A DNA stretch of 64,000 nt from Octopus vulgaris (lineage: Eukaryota). Within the stretch, counting starts at the first letter, position 1, and each line of letters begins with the position of its first letter. Below, in pieces: positions 1 through 14,245 of this stretch. A program made the translations under genes and the position numbers. The DNA lies in NCBI GenBank assembly GCA_951406725.2, contig OX597827.1, positions 26,474,001 to 26,538,000 on the forward strand, read 5' to 3'. The notes beneath the pieces were generated by a model, which saw nothing but the letters and a program-made list of their open reading frames with translations, searched no databases and had not been told where the DNA came from.

Positions 1-70
1 CATACTAATACAATTGTTCGTTTGTTTTCCACCTGCCTTCGTCTTTTGTCTATTTTCATAAAGCTTCCCG

Positions 71-72
<2 letters not shown>
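1..72 (+). mobile_element. 3' end of a (TA)n-flanked hammerhead mini-element (same family as 42199-42390), truncated by window edge
   Basis: atactaataca..tgtt..tttgtttt..cacctgccttcgtcttttgt matches the reverse complement of 42200-42267; runs directly into (TA)n. Confidence 0.6.
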
Positions 73-106
<34 letters not shown>

Positions 107-786
107 GTATATTATTCTTCAGGTTCTTTCTATAAATATTCTATAGAAACTATAGCCAGCGCTGATTTTTTGCTATAACGATTCGTATCGAGACGTCAGA
201 TATAGACATACAAGGAAATTGGAGCCGAAAATGGATAATGAGATTATATGCCATATTTCGGGGGTTGTTGCCCCTTCATTAGCACCCATCTCAAACACTT
301 CTGTCTTCGAACACATTGCTTGTACAGCCACCAAATACAGCAGTGTTAAGTTACTGGATATAACAATTTACATATTAGACGCATTCCTCGAACTGGGATC
401 TGGTATGTAAATATTTTACGTACGTGACACTTCGGTATGCAAACACAACATACTATGAAGTACACTAAATGTTTTTATAAGTGCACAGCAAATTAATAGA
501 TACATGACCATTATTTATGCGTGTCTTGTATATCACTCTGTGTGAAAACCCGTATAACTGGAGCTACACCTTTGATTTACAATATTCAAAGGTGGTGAAC
601 TATAACCTCACAATCTGCCTCAACAATATCCGTAGTTCTTTACTAATATAAACAATACTGTCAGTCTGGTGTACTAATAAAGAGTTTTAAAGTAGTTTGC
701 CAGGATTGATAATCCCTCACTATGTATATAAATGCAGCTACTCACGTGTTGTTGCTGACTTTTTTTCCTTCTTGCATCCTTTTGCT

Positions 787-820
787 CTTGGACGAAGTGC
801 TATGCTCGAAACGTCAAAAG
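787..820 (+). ncRNA. degenerate type I hammerhead ribozyme motif (Penelope pLTR-like mini-element ~730-915)
   Basis: ggacga-A-gtgc-tat-gctc-GAAAC-GTC-aaaag; same architecture and downstream ctgagcgt motif as 26433-26467 and 42288-42323; core mutated. Confidence 0.5.
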
Positions 821-995
821 CTCTTTCACCTTACTGAGCGTCGAACTGATACATTCCGGTTGATGCTTGTTATTGTTATTTTTAATCTTTAATGTTTATT
901 TATTCGATTTGTCTGTATATATATATATATATATATATGCATACAAGCGCGCGCACACCAGTGCATATATATGTGTACTTATATATTTCAATTCA

Positions 996-996
<1 letters not shown>

Positions 997-1074
<78 letters not shown>
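997..1074. repeat. (TA)n microsatellite (representative of dozens in the window)
   Basis: direct inspection. Confidence 0.95.
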
Positions 1075-1077
<3 letters not shown>

Positions 1078-1301
1078 ATTGTATGCGTGTGTATATATAT
1101 ATACGTATGCAAACATATCTAAATATATATAAATATAAATTACTTTGTAGCTGCAGCAGCAGTTGTAGTAGTAGTTGTTATTGTAGTTACAGCTGCAGTA
1201 TTTAATCTACACACTGGTTGGTTGTATATATGTGTGTGTGTGATACAGTGTGCATTATTGTAACTGCAGAGAATGTGCATAGATAAAACGGAGAGCAGGA
1301 A

Positions 1302-1375
<74 letters not shown>

Positions 1376-1468
1376 TATTGTGTTACATACAATTTTTAAT
1401 CTTCGGATTTTTTCAATATGCTAAGACACTGGTTTTAATTGATTAATATCAATTTCTACCCTTATTTA

Positions 1469-1513
<45 letters not shown>

Positions 1514-1771
1514 TGCATACATACATATATAAGGCATATACATACATAGACACATGTATATGATATATATATATGCATATATGTGTGTTTATATGAGAGA
1601 GAGAGTGAGTACGTGAAGGTGAGAGAATGGAGACAGAGATTGTATTTACATACCTACATATCTGATAAGAACGACGATGATGATAATGACAATCTTGCCC
1701 AGGTATTTTCAATGAATTCTCCGTCTCTCCTCCTTCCCTGTTTGTCTGTGCGCCTGTCTTTCTCTCACTCA

Positions 1772-1809
<38 letters not shown>

Positions 1810-2969
1810 TTGTTTCTCCCTCTCATTTAATAACGAACATAAATAGATAAATGTAATCGCATTTGTTTAAAAACGAATTGAATGTTTTGAAACTGTGCCT
1901 GACTCATTGAAAAGGTCATTCGTACTCTTAAAATGAACGTGAATCGTTCTGCTTCTCTCTCTCTCTCGCTCTCTTTTTTTTATTTCTTTTGTCTGTACAA
2001 AATGTTAATCGTGACTAAACCAACTCGAACTCGTGATCTACCGAACTGGTGCATACTGTGCATAACATCTTCAGCATCGACTTATTGTTGATTGTATCAT
2101 TACTGCTGTTTTCCCCGTATTTATAATTAATTCTAGCACAGACACAAAAGTAACGAATTGGTAACAGTATCGTACAGAATGCCTTCCGGTATTTATTCCA
2201 TTCTCCGCGCCAATAGTTCCAATTCCACTGCAGTCGACTTATCACTTCATCGTTTCGAGGTCGATGAAGAATATACCAATTCCGAGCAGAGACTGATGGA
2301 ACTGTAAGAGTTTCCAACAGGATGCCGTGACTGTAAATCTTTCATTCTGACAGCAAATCTTGCTATGCCACTGGTACGAGAGTGTATTGGTCTTGCTTGG
2401 GACATCATTGGAGGCAAAAGGTATGGAAGGATTTTCATACTTAGACGGTTGCTAGTCTTCCAAAAATACCCTAGTAAGCCTACGTCACGGAGAGAAAATT
2501 TGGGAATTCAGAAATCCATCATCAACCCTCAATGCGGGCTGATATATGCACTCAAAGTCACGCACATGATAGAGAAGAGGCGGTATGTATATTTGATTAA
2601 ATTGATATCTAATGCTGATACAATAGCTTACATTTCGTGGGGTACGTAGAAATGAGGATCCCCGAACTTTAAACCTGAATTCAAATTTGAACCATTTACT
2701 GGTGATGTTTCTAGAAAACTTTATGAAATTATGTATTCCAAATTTAGCTCAGGTTCAACAGTTTTAGGTAACGGATCAGTCAAGTACATTTGATCGCAGT
2801 ATTTGACTGAGACTTTATTTTCTCGACTCCGAAAAGATGAAAGGCAAAGGGGACTGAACTTTGTAGTATCTGAATTCAGAGCATCGGGAACCGGAAGAAA
2901 TATCGCTATGCATTTTATCCGACACGCTAATGATTCTATCAACTCACCACCTTAAGTTTACTGAATAAC

Positions 2970-3180
2970 CTTTTCTACTCCAGGCCCAAGGCTTGAAAGT
3001 TTTAGGGGAAGGACTTAGTTGATTACATTGAACCCAGTACTTGACTGATATTTATGTAATAGATTCCAAAGATATGAAAGGCAAAGTCTAACTCGGTGGA
3101 ATTTCAACTCAGAACGTAAAGACAAACGAAATGCCGCTGGCCTTTTTCAAACGGTTCAGCTGACTCCTCGCCTCGCCTTG
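2970..3180 (-). mobile_element. SINE family A copy (tRNA-derived)
   Basis: reverse complement of the family consensus (gaaaggcaaagtc..ggaattt.aactcagaacg). Confidence 0.75.
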
Positions 3181-4994
3181 CTTTAATGAATACTAAATTC
3201 AGTTTATAGTGAAATACTTTGATGATGTCTACAAACAAATCAGGGCTATAAAAGTTTCATCACTATGAATTTGTAAACTTAAAGTTTTATAATATTCCTC
3301 GAGGAATGTGAAGTCACATTTTGTAGTCGAAGCCTGTTGGACACAGCGTTATCGTTAGGCCTAACACATCATAAAGTAAGTACCACCATGATCGATATCC
3401 AAACTACAGTGGAAAAGGCTGGGCACTAGATTTGGTTAAAAAAGAGACGACAAGCGATGGCTGGGAGAATATTGAGCTTTATTTTATAACCAGTTGATCT
3501 AGCAAGTGGGGCCTCATATCAGCATCAAATTATTGTTGATTGCATCCTTACAGCTCTTTTCCCCGTATTTATAATTAATTCTAGCACAGACACTAAAGTA
3601 ACGAATTGGTAACAGTGGGGCCCGGCGCACATTGATGCCGTAGAGTGGTATGCCTCGAAACGGCGCGCATTCTCTCCTGATGACCCCTTACACTTGCTGG
3701 CTTCTGGTATGTGGAGCTAGCACTTGAATGAGCAAGTTGTTTGCAAAACATCTCAGTTACGAATAGTTATGAACTCATAATTTACTCACGGAATTTAAAA
3801 GCTTCTTTACCCCCCCCTCCACCACTACCAGCACAAAGCATTCGATTAAGATCAATGATCAGTGATTATAACGTATTTCTGACATCAGAAAAAGACAGTA
3901 TAAATAATTGTGATCTTTATGGGATTTGAAATCAGAAAGTAAAGAAATGTAACTAAAATAACGCAGTGTATGACTGGTACAGGTTTTATCGACCTTGGAG
4001 GCTAGAAAATCAAGGTTGAATTTCGTTAAATTCGAAATCCAAACATAAAAGTATCTGATTCTAATACTACCAGGTATTTTGTCCTCCATTCCGTACAGTT
4101 GTATTGATTTCTGATACATACATGAGACGTCAAATTTAAAGGTACGGCTATGATCGATTACATCGAAAAGCCAATACTTAATTGATACTTATTTTATCGA
4201 TCCCACATAAAAAAATACACGATTGATTCCTGGGATCAATATATCGACTAAACTACTCCAGTAAAATTCATGACATTCTGCGAATATGAGAATTCTAAAT
4301 TTTACATAATTTTTCTTTAATGCAAAATTTACTGAATTACTATAAATATTCTGGCCCTATGCTTTCTGAGTTCAAATCCCGCCAAGATCAGTTTTGCATT
4401 TCTTCTTTTCGGGTTCGTTAAGATAAACTACTAGACCAAGGCGATGGATTGGCAGAGCTATTATAACATCAGGTGAAATCCCTCACAGTATTATTTTCGG
4501 TTCTCAGCTTTCCAAATTCTTAGATGTTATCCAATGAAACACCCTGTTTAACATCACCAGCTGGTATCCATGAGGCTTTAGCGGAGTCCACTGTGTTATA
4601 AGCAACCAAAACAGGTCTCCACTTTGAGAATAGTTTCATTCTTGTCTCCACCAGGCGACTCTGTAAAGGTAAAAGCCCACAGGCGCTTCCATTCTCTTCA
4701 TGACTAAATATTGTTTCTTTCGTATTTGATTTATGCTCCTTGCAATTTATTTACAATTGTACTTTCAATTGTAATTCAAATGTGTTGCTTAGCTATATGT
4801 TGACATTCTATCCATGACCACACAGTCTATTCTTTCTTCAAACCTCTCTACTCAGAATCACATTAGCTAATATATTCTACTTTTCTAAGGATGGCGAATA
4901 TGACTTAAAGTAGATTTAGTTGTTATTTCTAGCTGTTTGCTCAGAAAACTTACATTCATCCAATATTTTGGCGTTTCTGTCGAGGTGCTCAAAA

Positions 4995-5846
4995 TCATTT
5001 GTGAATTAAGGGTACCATTTGCCTTTGTTGCTGATTGAGAGCAAAATAAATCATTGTTTTTTTTTTCTCGGACAGTATTCTATGATCGACGACACTCTTC
5101 ATATCCCACCAAACGCAGCATAGCATATTTTTCGGTGGGGAATGTAGTCCTGGTTTTTGAATGAAGTCTCCTATTTTCATTCGGTGCAAACCATTGCTGT
5201 TTTCGCTGGATGCGATCACAGAACCCCTACTTTTCATAACTTGTGATAATTCTACTCAGGAAAAATTCGTTAGCAAGTCTTATTGTTAATGATGAGCAGA
5301 AGACAACTCTTTGATTAAGATGAAATGCAATCAGATGAGGAGGAACCGACAGACCAAGTATACACACATTTCCTGGTTCAAGAAGGACTTTTGACCAAAG
5401 TATACCTTGAATTGAAAAGTTTTGTTGATTTTCGTGCATTTTACTTAAGACTTTCTTTAACTACGGTTTTCAGAAGTTCACTATCGACAGAATTTGGCTG
5501 ACTAAATCGAGGGGAAATTTCGACAGAAAAATTTCCCGAGTGAAATTGATTAAGCCATCATTGGAATGTCCGGTAACTTAAAACTTCATTTCCAAAGGCT
5601 GCACGAATATTTCTTGTTATGTCCTTGGTTTGAAGTGGCCCTTCTAATTCTGTACAGAATACGGTGTCAGACATGAATCTCATCTAAACTCGTTTTAAAA
5701 GAGGGAATGCGATGCGAGTGTATAAAGTAATCTTCAAACACAAAAGATAATTTGAATAAAATAATTAATGCTTATTTTACGGAATTGAAAAAAGTACTCT
5801 CAAAATGACCATTTCAAAAATACGACAGGACCTGGTTTCCAACCTA
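4995..5846 (-). pseudogene. degenerate mariner transposon
   Basis: minus-strand KPGLHSPPKNMLCCVWWDMKSVV resembles mariner GLHPKKVMLCVWWD; mariner-like terminus ..ccaacctaa-TA at ~5838-5848. Confidence 0.7.
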
Positions 5847-7142
5847 ATATACATATGCTTAAGTATGTACGGACTTATACATAGATGTATAAAGCTTCTG
5901 GAAAGAAAAAAAAATTGACACGGTTTCGCTCTGACTTTGAAATATATTCCCTTATCTTCACAGCCTTCCTATAAAAATATAGTCTTCAAATGTGTGTGTG
6001 TGGGTGTTTATGTGCATTTGATGGTGTGTATGATGAGTATTTGTGTGTTTGTATGTGTTCGTGTGTGTGTGTGTGCGTGTGTGTGCGTGTGTATGCACGG
6101 TCCAGATAGGAACTAATATTTTCATGCATAAATATCTATTACTTTGAAGTGGAAAATCCCGCGTTATGTCTAATAAAGCCGTCGGTTATATTCAATGAAA
6201 TTGTAGTAACTATAAATTACAACAAGCCATTGTTATTAATTATTTCATGAAGACAAGCAACATTGGCAAGCTGTATTTAAGTATTTTTCCCTTATTTCTC
6301 CACGAACGTTAAGTGAAGTCAATATTCGGGTGAATAATATTTGAAGAAAATTAGATATCGGAACAAATTTTCAATGGTGAGAGTTATTGATATAATCCAG
6401 AGAAGCTTGTTTTTATTTGCTTTGTTTTACTTTACTCTATTTTTTTCTTTTTCGTTTTTCTATTCTATTTCATTTGCTGTGTTTCTTCCGAGGCGTTATT
6501 ACTTCTAATGCTTTATTATATTCATTTTGTTTCCCTACGAGCAAACTGTTATTTTCAAAGGCAAAAAGAGGAATTATCATGGCGAAAGCGATATGTAATA
6601 GAAATATTAATCTAAGAAGAATAGAACTGCAAACGCACACACACACACACACACACACGCACACACACACACACGCACACACACATACATACACACACAC
6701 ATGTTATGGGTATTATGATGATGACTAAAACAATTTTTTTTCTGGGACTATAAAATTATTGATTGTAGTTAATACTCAGAAGAATATGAGTTAATAATAA
6801 CACATATTGCAAAGATCTTATATAACTTACGCTTGTGCTTCTTAAATGTATCGTAGGTCCGTGCGTTTGTAAGTTTGCATGATTATACATATAAGGAGAT
6901 GTTTTTGTAAGGAGTGTACATGTGTGTGTCTGTGTGTCTAGGTGAAGTATGGCTGAATTTAAGAACTTCTCGAAAATACAAGGTTCCGAGTTCGAACGCA
7001 ATGCGTTGCAGCTTGACAAAATAACACTTTCTATAATTTTCTATACTGGACTCGTGGCACAATGGATAACGCAATCTGACAACGGCTCAGGAGCCTTCAA
7101 GTTCAGTTCCTGGCTTACTCGAACTCCTCAAATGATATTTAT

Positions 7143-7304
7143 AGGCCTAGGAGTAACTATGTGGTAAGTAGCTTGCTTACGAAACACATGGTTTCGGGTT
7201 CAGTCCCACTGCGTGGCACCTTGGGCAAGTGTCTTCTACTATAGCCTCGGGCCGACCAAAGCCTTGTGAGTGGATTTGGTAGACGGAAACCGAAAGAACC
7301 CCGT

Positions 7305-7371
<67 letters not shown>

Positions 7372-7612
7372 ATGTGTATGTGTGTATGTGTGTATGTTTG
7401 TGTGTCTGTGTTTGTCCTCCAGCATCGTTTAACAACCGATGCTGGTGTGTTTACGTCCCCGTCACTTATGTGGTTCGGCAAAAGAGATCGATAGAATAAG
7501 TACTAGGCTTACAAAGAATAAGTCCTGGGGTCGATTTGCTCGACTAAAAGGTGCTGCTCCAGCATGGCCACAGTCAAATGACTGAAACAAGTAAAAGAGT
7601 AAAAGAGTAAAA
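7143..7612 (+). mobile_element. SINE family B, full length, with internal (TA)n(TG)n microsatellite
   Basis: tRNA-like head (tggtaag..gggttcagtccc), CORE-like ccttgggcaagtg, internal microsatellite, conserved tail ending (gtaaaaga)n; repeated at 16745, 27681, 33365, 46053. Confidence 0.85.
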
Positions 7613-10130
7613 GTGTTTATGCGTGAAACTATGTGAAAGAAAATTGCATAGGACCCTATAATTGAAAGGACACAGTCTTGTCATATATACACGCTCAATG
7701 TCACGTTCATTCTCCATGAGAATACCGTTGATGTCATACGTGTCTGTAGAATACCTAACCATTTACATTTTAATTCAAGAGCAGATAATTCAGTTATCTA
7801 GTCACCTGAAATCTCGTCGTTGACAGCGTATCTCCATCATATATGTGCTTGCGTGCACAAATGTATAGGTGTTTGTGTGTGTTCATGCGAGCATGTTTGA
7901 GTGTGTATGTACGTGTGCATGATTGTGTGTGTTCGTGCGTGTATGTTTGTGTGTATGTGGCTTTCGCTGTGAATCTTTAAACAGATCGAAATACACTAAT
8001 CACAGTTCGTTGGTAACTCATCTTAAGCCATGCGATCCCCATCATCTTTCTACCAAACGAAATATCTATAACGAAATGCTACTTAAATCAAACACAGATT
8101 TAGTCTATAGTAACTCTACTAAATCTGTGTTCGACGTGGATGTGATTAAGCAATAAAAATCTATGTACGACACAGCGTATATTGGAACCAAACAGGAACT
8201 GAACGCAATTAGAATACAGTTTTTGTGTAGCGACCTTTGTGAAACTTTGATTATAATTACAACTAATTAGAATCAGCTATTGTTGATCGTAATGCACACG
8301 GAGAAACTGATATTTCTTGGAGAAGGTAGCGCTCTGTGTTCTTCGTGAAAAACAACAGGGATCGAATAAGCTACGAGAACTATTAAAAACGAATAGATAC
8401 ATTATTGTTTTGATTCTTGCTGATCTTTGAGTATCTCATGAATTATTATATATTTAGCGGACATCAGCACGCATCAGTCCATAGTTTGTTTACTGATTCT
8501 CCTAAACAAGAGCTGGTTCTCTTGTTAGATTCATCGGTCTGGCGGAGTAGCTTTGACTGAGGAAAAAAAAACAAATTAAAAATTTAAACTACGGTGTCTC
8601 AGCGTTCCCTCACACCGCTGAATTGCATGTGTTTTAAGCACACATTGTCTTACGAAAGGTAGGTTTTTCCGATGCCGAAAAGCGACAGAGATCAGGTATT
8701 CACGTTCAAATCTACCGGAATGTATTTAGAATGAATAGATACGCTATTGTTTTGCGTTCTCAATGTTCTGTGTTCACGTCATGAATTATACATTAAATAT
8801 CCAGCTTCTGACAAGTGAAAGGTTTTGTGGAATTTTTTGTAAAGAGACTGGTTTCCGTTAAGCCACTAATGATCTGCATGTGATACCCAGCATTACAACA
8901 CATTTGTCTGTTTTTAGTTTTTTTAAACTTGTGCATTACTGAGTGCAGGAAATGTCGTTTTTCAAAGTCGGTTCCCTTCATACATTGCAGAAAAAGCAAC
9001 TGATTAAAAGTAATAAGTCTAAAAAAAACTTTGTCTTGTGCTTAAATAAACTGTTACCCAAACTATTTCTTATTCGTGTGAAACAATTTTGTTATTACTT
9101 TCTAAAGTATTGCATACATCACTTTTAGTATAATTATTTCCATAATTTTATCGAGTGGTACCCCTAGGGAATAAGATATTGTTCAGCAAGCCGGGTGGTA
9201 GGAAAATATATTCAGAATCACTGATTGGGGTTTCTTTGAAAGATTATTGTATTTTGTAAGTAAATCTCAATATTATCGTGTATCAATTACCCCCTATGGA
9301 CCATCGATCAATTTTAGTTGATCAACCAGTGAGTAGTAAAAGTCAGACAACCATAGACACACTCAATCACACACCGAGTATGTTTCATTCATCGGAAAAT
9401 AATAATTTCAAACCTAGGCAAAAGGCCAGCATTCATAAGGAAGTGCTACAGACTACTAAGGAGCCATTCGACCCACTCCATCAAAGGTCATACTTTTTAC
9501 TGTCCCGTTACTTTGATGTTCATTGTAATACCTTATTTTACGATTTACGTAACAGAAATATTGGTTTCAAAATTTGGCACAAGGATAGGAATTTCAGAGG
9601 TGGGCGTCAGTAGATTAAATCGACCCCGGTTTCAAATCATACCCTATCGTTTAAAAGAATGAACAATGAAGTCGTTTATATTCAAAAATGTAAACGGCCA
9701 AGTCTGGGTTGCTTAATCCGATCTAATATGGACTCAAACAACAAGAATGTATATAGTTTGCATGAAGCATTTTCTGATATAAATTAATGTTTTAATTTTT
9801 TTTTCAAAAACCAAAATAATGCAAATAATAAGGAATAATCTTCGGAGTAAATGGTGCTGTGAGCTCACAACAGTATTTCGCTGCAGATTCCTTGAATGAG
9901 GGATCCTAACACGAAATATTGACTTGCACTGATTTGGCTTTAAAAAGTTAAAACAATTTAAGTTTAAGGAATTTGATTTCTAAACATTGACTTCCAGCTC
10001 AATACCACTGCGTGGCACCTTGGGAAGGTGTTCTCTGCTATAGCCCCAGGACGACCAAACGACCAAAGTCTTGCGAAGGGATTTTGTAGTCGTACACTGA
10101 AAGACGACCGTCGTATATGTAAATGTCTGT

Positions 10131-10192
<62 letters not shown>

Positions 10193-10484
10193 CGTGTGTG
10201 TGTATGTATATATACAAACTGGCACACACATGTGCTCACAAATGTTTCTGAACTGATAACAATTCACCACCAGCATAAAATCTTGGCGTGTAAGCCAGAT
10301 GTATATCTTATGCCACTTGAAGCATATTACCCCAGCTAATGTGGCTTCCTGCACTGTACGTTGCATCTGATGTCATTACATAGTCAAAGCAAATGAAACT
10401 CAACAGGCTTGATGTTGAGCAGCATAAGATTTATCTCTCCAAATATGAATGAGAAGTTCGAAGGTTTATGGATTCCATGAACGA

Positions 10485-11063
10485 TTTCACAAATGTTCAA
10501 TATGATACCACCTGAGACACGGCACACGTCAAGGCGGTAGTCCAGTTCCTCCAAAACACGCTGCAACATGTCTTGGGTAACAGTCTCCAGTGTGGCAGTG
10601 ATTCTCTGCTCGAGTTCCTCTAGGTTTGCAGGAAGGACGGGGACATAGACCAGGCCTTTCACATAGCCCCATGTTTGCGCTTTCGCTTGTCATCTGCCGT
10701 TATGGCCTGAACGAACTGAGGCTTATAGGGTTTCATTAGTAGGCGTTTCCTCAGGACACGCTAAACTGTCGTTGGAGGAATCTGAGTTTCCAGGCTTGTC
10801 CTTTGGATACACTTCCTGGTTCTTCGCAAAAATTTATGGCGAACCTGTTCGACCATCTCTTCCGATGTTACTGGTCATCCAGATACTTTTACTCTGCACA
10901 GACGGCCTTCCTCTTTGAATTTTTTGTGCCATGTCTAAACCTGTATTGCCTTTCGTGACGTTTTACAGAACTCTCTCACAAATGTACGCTGCACAGTCTT
11001 ATTCGCCTGTGTTCGAGCATACTCCAACACACAAAACGCCTTTTCTCTTCCAGGGAATGCCAT
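10485..11063 (-). pseudogene. internally deleted Tc1/mariner-superfamily transposase (DUF4817-like N-terminal HTH)
   Basis: MAFPGREKAFCVLEYARTQ..TVQRTF..WHKKFKEEG..RVLRKRLLMKPYK..VQAITADDKRKR joined directly to C-terminal WGYVKGLVYVP..LEELEQRI..VTQDMLQRVLEELDYRLDVCR; in-frame stops; catalytic core missing. Confidence 0.8.
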
Positions 11064-11187
11064 CGCTATACCTGAAAAATAAATACATCAAACATTAAAC
11101 ATAAAATGTTAAGCTCCTTCTAAACATGCTGTGAAAATTTGAAGTCATTTGAACAAGAACTGATAAATTATTTGATTCGAAATGATG

Positions 11188-11252
<65 letters not shown>

Positions 11253-11279
11253 CTCAATATATATATATACATATACGTA

Positions 11280-11485
11280 TATGGGTACAGGACGTCACAA
11301 ACAGTAAAACAACATGAAATACGAAAACAAATAAGGTGAATACGCAAACAGCGAGAGAAACAAATGGAAAACAGTACAAATAACATAAAGAATGACCCTT
11401 CATCAATTATTGGCTGTCTATTTACTCCTTTCGAACATTGAACGACAATGTGAGTCTTCAAAGGCAGTTGCTCCCACAAAAGGCA
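11280..11485 (-). mobile_element. (TA)n-flanked mini-element with degenerate hammerhead-like motif (11414-11467)
   Basis: minus strand: TTGAAGA-ctc-ACATTG-tcgtt-CAATGT-tc-GAAA-gga-GTA; discrete insert between TA tracts. Confidence 0.4.
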
Positions 11486-11533
11486 TATATATATATACGT
11501 ATGTATGGATGTATGTATATATATGCATACAAA

Positions 11534-11583
<50 letters not shown>

Positions 11584-12109
11584 CAAACGCATATATATAT
11601 ATGTGTGTGTATGTATATATATGTATATATATGCATATTTGTAGGTGTGTACGTGTGGTTGTCTTGCTTGCACCACCGCTTGAGAATAGTTGCTGATTTG
11701 TTTACGGCCCCATATTTCAGCAGCTTAGCACAAAATACTGATAGAACAAGTTCCAGGCTTTAAAAAATAAGTGCTAAGGTTATTCGTTCAGTAAAAAGAA
11801 AAAATCTCCGAGGTGTTGCCCCAGCATGGTTGGAGTCGGAAGACTGAAAGAGGTAAAATATAAACAGATATTCTGACATGACATCCACATCGAAAGAGAT
11901 GATGGTCTGGTAAGGTGCGAGTTAGACTTGAATACCCCACAAATTACTGCAACTCCCGGTATCTGGTGACATCAAATTCAGTTTTGACCGCCCATGCCTT
12001 CCAGGACGCTAAAAGGCACAATCCACTCCATTCGTGTTAACATCCACCAAAAGTCTTCCCGTACGAATTGGAAGTCAAAGGAATATATGATGTCGCGAGG
12101 GCGGGGTGA

Positions 12110-12322
12110 GGAGCTGGCTGAAACTTCAACACGCCGGCTTAGCGGTTTTCGTGTCATTACGTTCTGAGTTCAAATTCCACCGAGGTTGACTTTGCCTTTC
12201 ATCTTGTCGGATCGATAAATTAAGTACCAGTTGCGTACTACGATCGATCTAATCGACTGGCCCCACTCATCGATCTAAACGACTGGCTCCAGTGGCTTTG
12301 TGTCAAGGGTAGAAAAGATTAT
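12110..12322 (+). mobile_element. SINE family A copy
   Basis: gagctggc..gttctgagttcaaattcc (B-box)..gactttgcctttcatc..aagtaccagttgcgtact..gtagaaaagatt. Confidence 0.8.
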
Positions 12323-12839
12323 ATGATGTTGCGTAGTGATGGTCACGACCAGCGGTAAGTTTCTTTCACCTGGAGTATCTCAAAGTAAGCGTCAAGATTA
12401 ATGAACGCTAGTTGCATTAATCTTATAAGTAGCTGCAGTAGTATCTGCGGCGGTTGAAGATATGGTGATGGTGGTGGAGGTAGAACTGGAGACGGTGATG
12501 GTGGTTGGGGTAGAGGAGGAGATAGTGGCATTGATGATGGAAACACTACGCCATTAGTACGTTTGTGTCTCTCAAAGAAAGAAGGAAAATAAAAATACAT
12601 CAACATGCGCGCGCGCGCACTACACATACGCTCAGACACACAAAGATACACACAGACACACACATACAATGGAATGTCTAAGAGATAATGACTCTCAGCA
12701 GGAAGTTTAGATTTCTTAATTATTTTCAGTACAAAGACCTCGTAGAGAATCATGTCTTAGATATACACACATTTAGACCTGCATACATCTACGTTTATAT
12801 AAGTATATATACGCATATATATATATAGATATATATATA

Positions 12840-12870
<31 letters not shown>

Positions 12871-12969
12871 GATTTAAAGGGGGAGGTAGGAGAGAGAGGG
12901 AAGATAGGGGGACATAAAGAGAAAGATAAATACATACATATTAATACACATATATATGTATTTATGTAA

Positions 12970-13004
<35 letters not shown>

Positions 13005-13647
13005 TGTGTGTGTGTATGTGTGTGTATGTGTCTGTGTGTATGTATGTATATAAATATATATATATGCGGGTGTGTGTGTATATATATAAGTATTTATATA
13101 CATATATGTGTGTGTATAGATGTATATATATACATATACATACATACATATATTATATACATATATGTATATATACATATATTTATATATATATATATAT
13201 ATATTTATACGTATATATTATATATATAATGTATATATTATGTATATCATATATATTATAGATATATATATATTTATTATATGCATATGTATACATATAA
13301 ATATATATATATTTATGTATGTATATATATATTAAATGTATATGCATATGTATATGTATGTTTGTATGTATATATATGCGTGTGTGTGTATCTATGGAGA
13401 GAGAGGGAGAAAGAGAGAGAGAGCGATTCAATTATTTCTTGCGACTGAGTGATTACTTCCTCGAGTTTCGCCTTGAGAAGATGAAAATGGAGTAAGTAAT
13501 TAAGTTATTCAGTCATAATAAATATATTAAGTTCCAACTTCATATTCAGTTCACTTTTTAAATTCTAGCAATTTCTACTAACTCTCATAAACCTACTTTA
13601 TATATACATACATATACATACATATACATTCATACATGCATACATAC

Positions 13648-13699
<52 letters not shown>

Positions 13700-14210
13700 T
13701 AAACACGGATACATTTGTGTATTAACACATACGGATAAAAAAAGAACAAACACGAGCACACAAGATTTAGTATATGTGTGTGTGTATGTGACCAAAATAA
13801 AGGATAATAGTCACTTCGAAGTGCATTCGCCATGATTTTGAAAATTGATTTATCCTATATTAGTGTACGGAGTGCTCCTCAATACAAGATTGATTTTGTG
13901 CATAGATTTGCATAAATTAACACATTGATAAATATAACAATATTTGTCTATGTGTGTCTCTCTCTATCTCTCTGTCTCTCCCCCCTCTCTCTCTCTATCT
14001 ATCTATCTATTGTCTGTCTAACTGTATCCCGCTCTCGCTCGTTCTCTGTGTCTCTGTCTCTATTTCACTCACTCGCTCTTTCCTAACACACACACTATAT
14101 ATATATATATATCTGTGTGCGTCTGTATACATATAGCCACACACACATGTATATTAATATATATATATATATATACATTCATATATATATATACAAACAT
14201 TCATACATTC

Positions 14211-14245
<35 letters not shown>

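Noticed and set aside
8385-8795. Diverged ~60-bp direct repeat (gaatagatac..tcatgaatta) about 340 bp apart
   Set aside because: Short, degenerate and without termini or coding signal; likely an old local duplication
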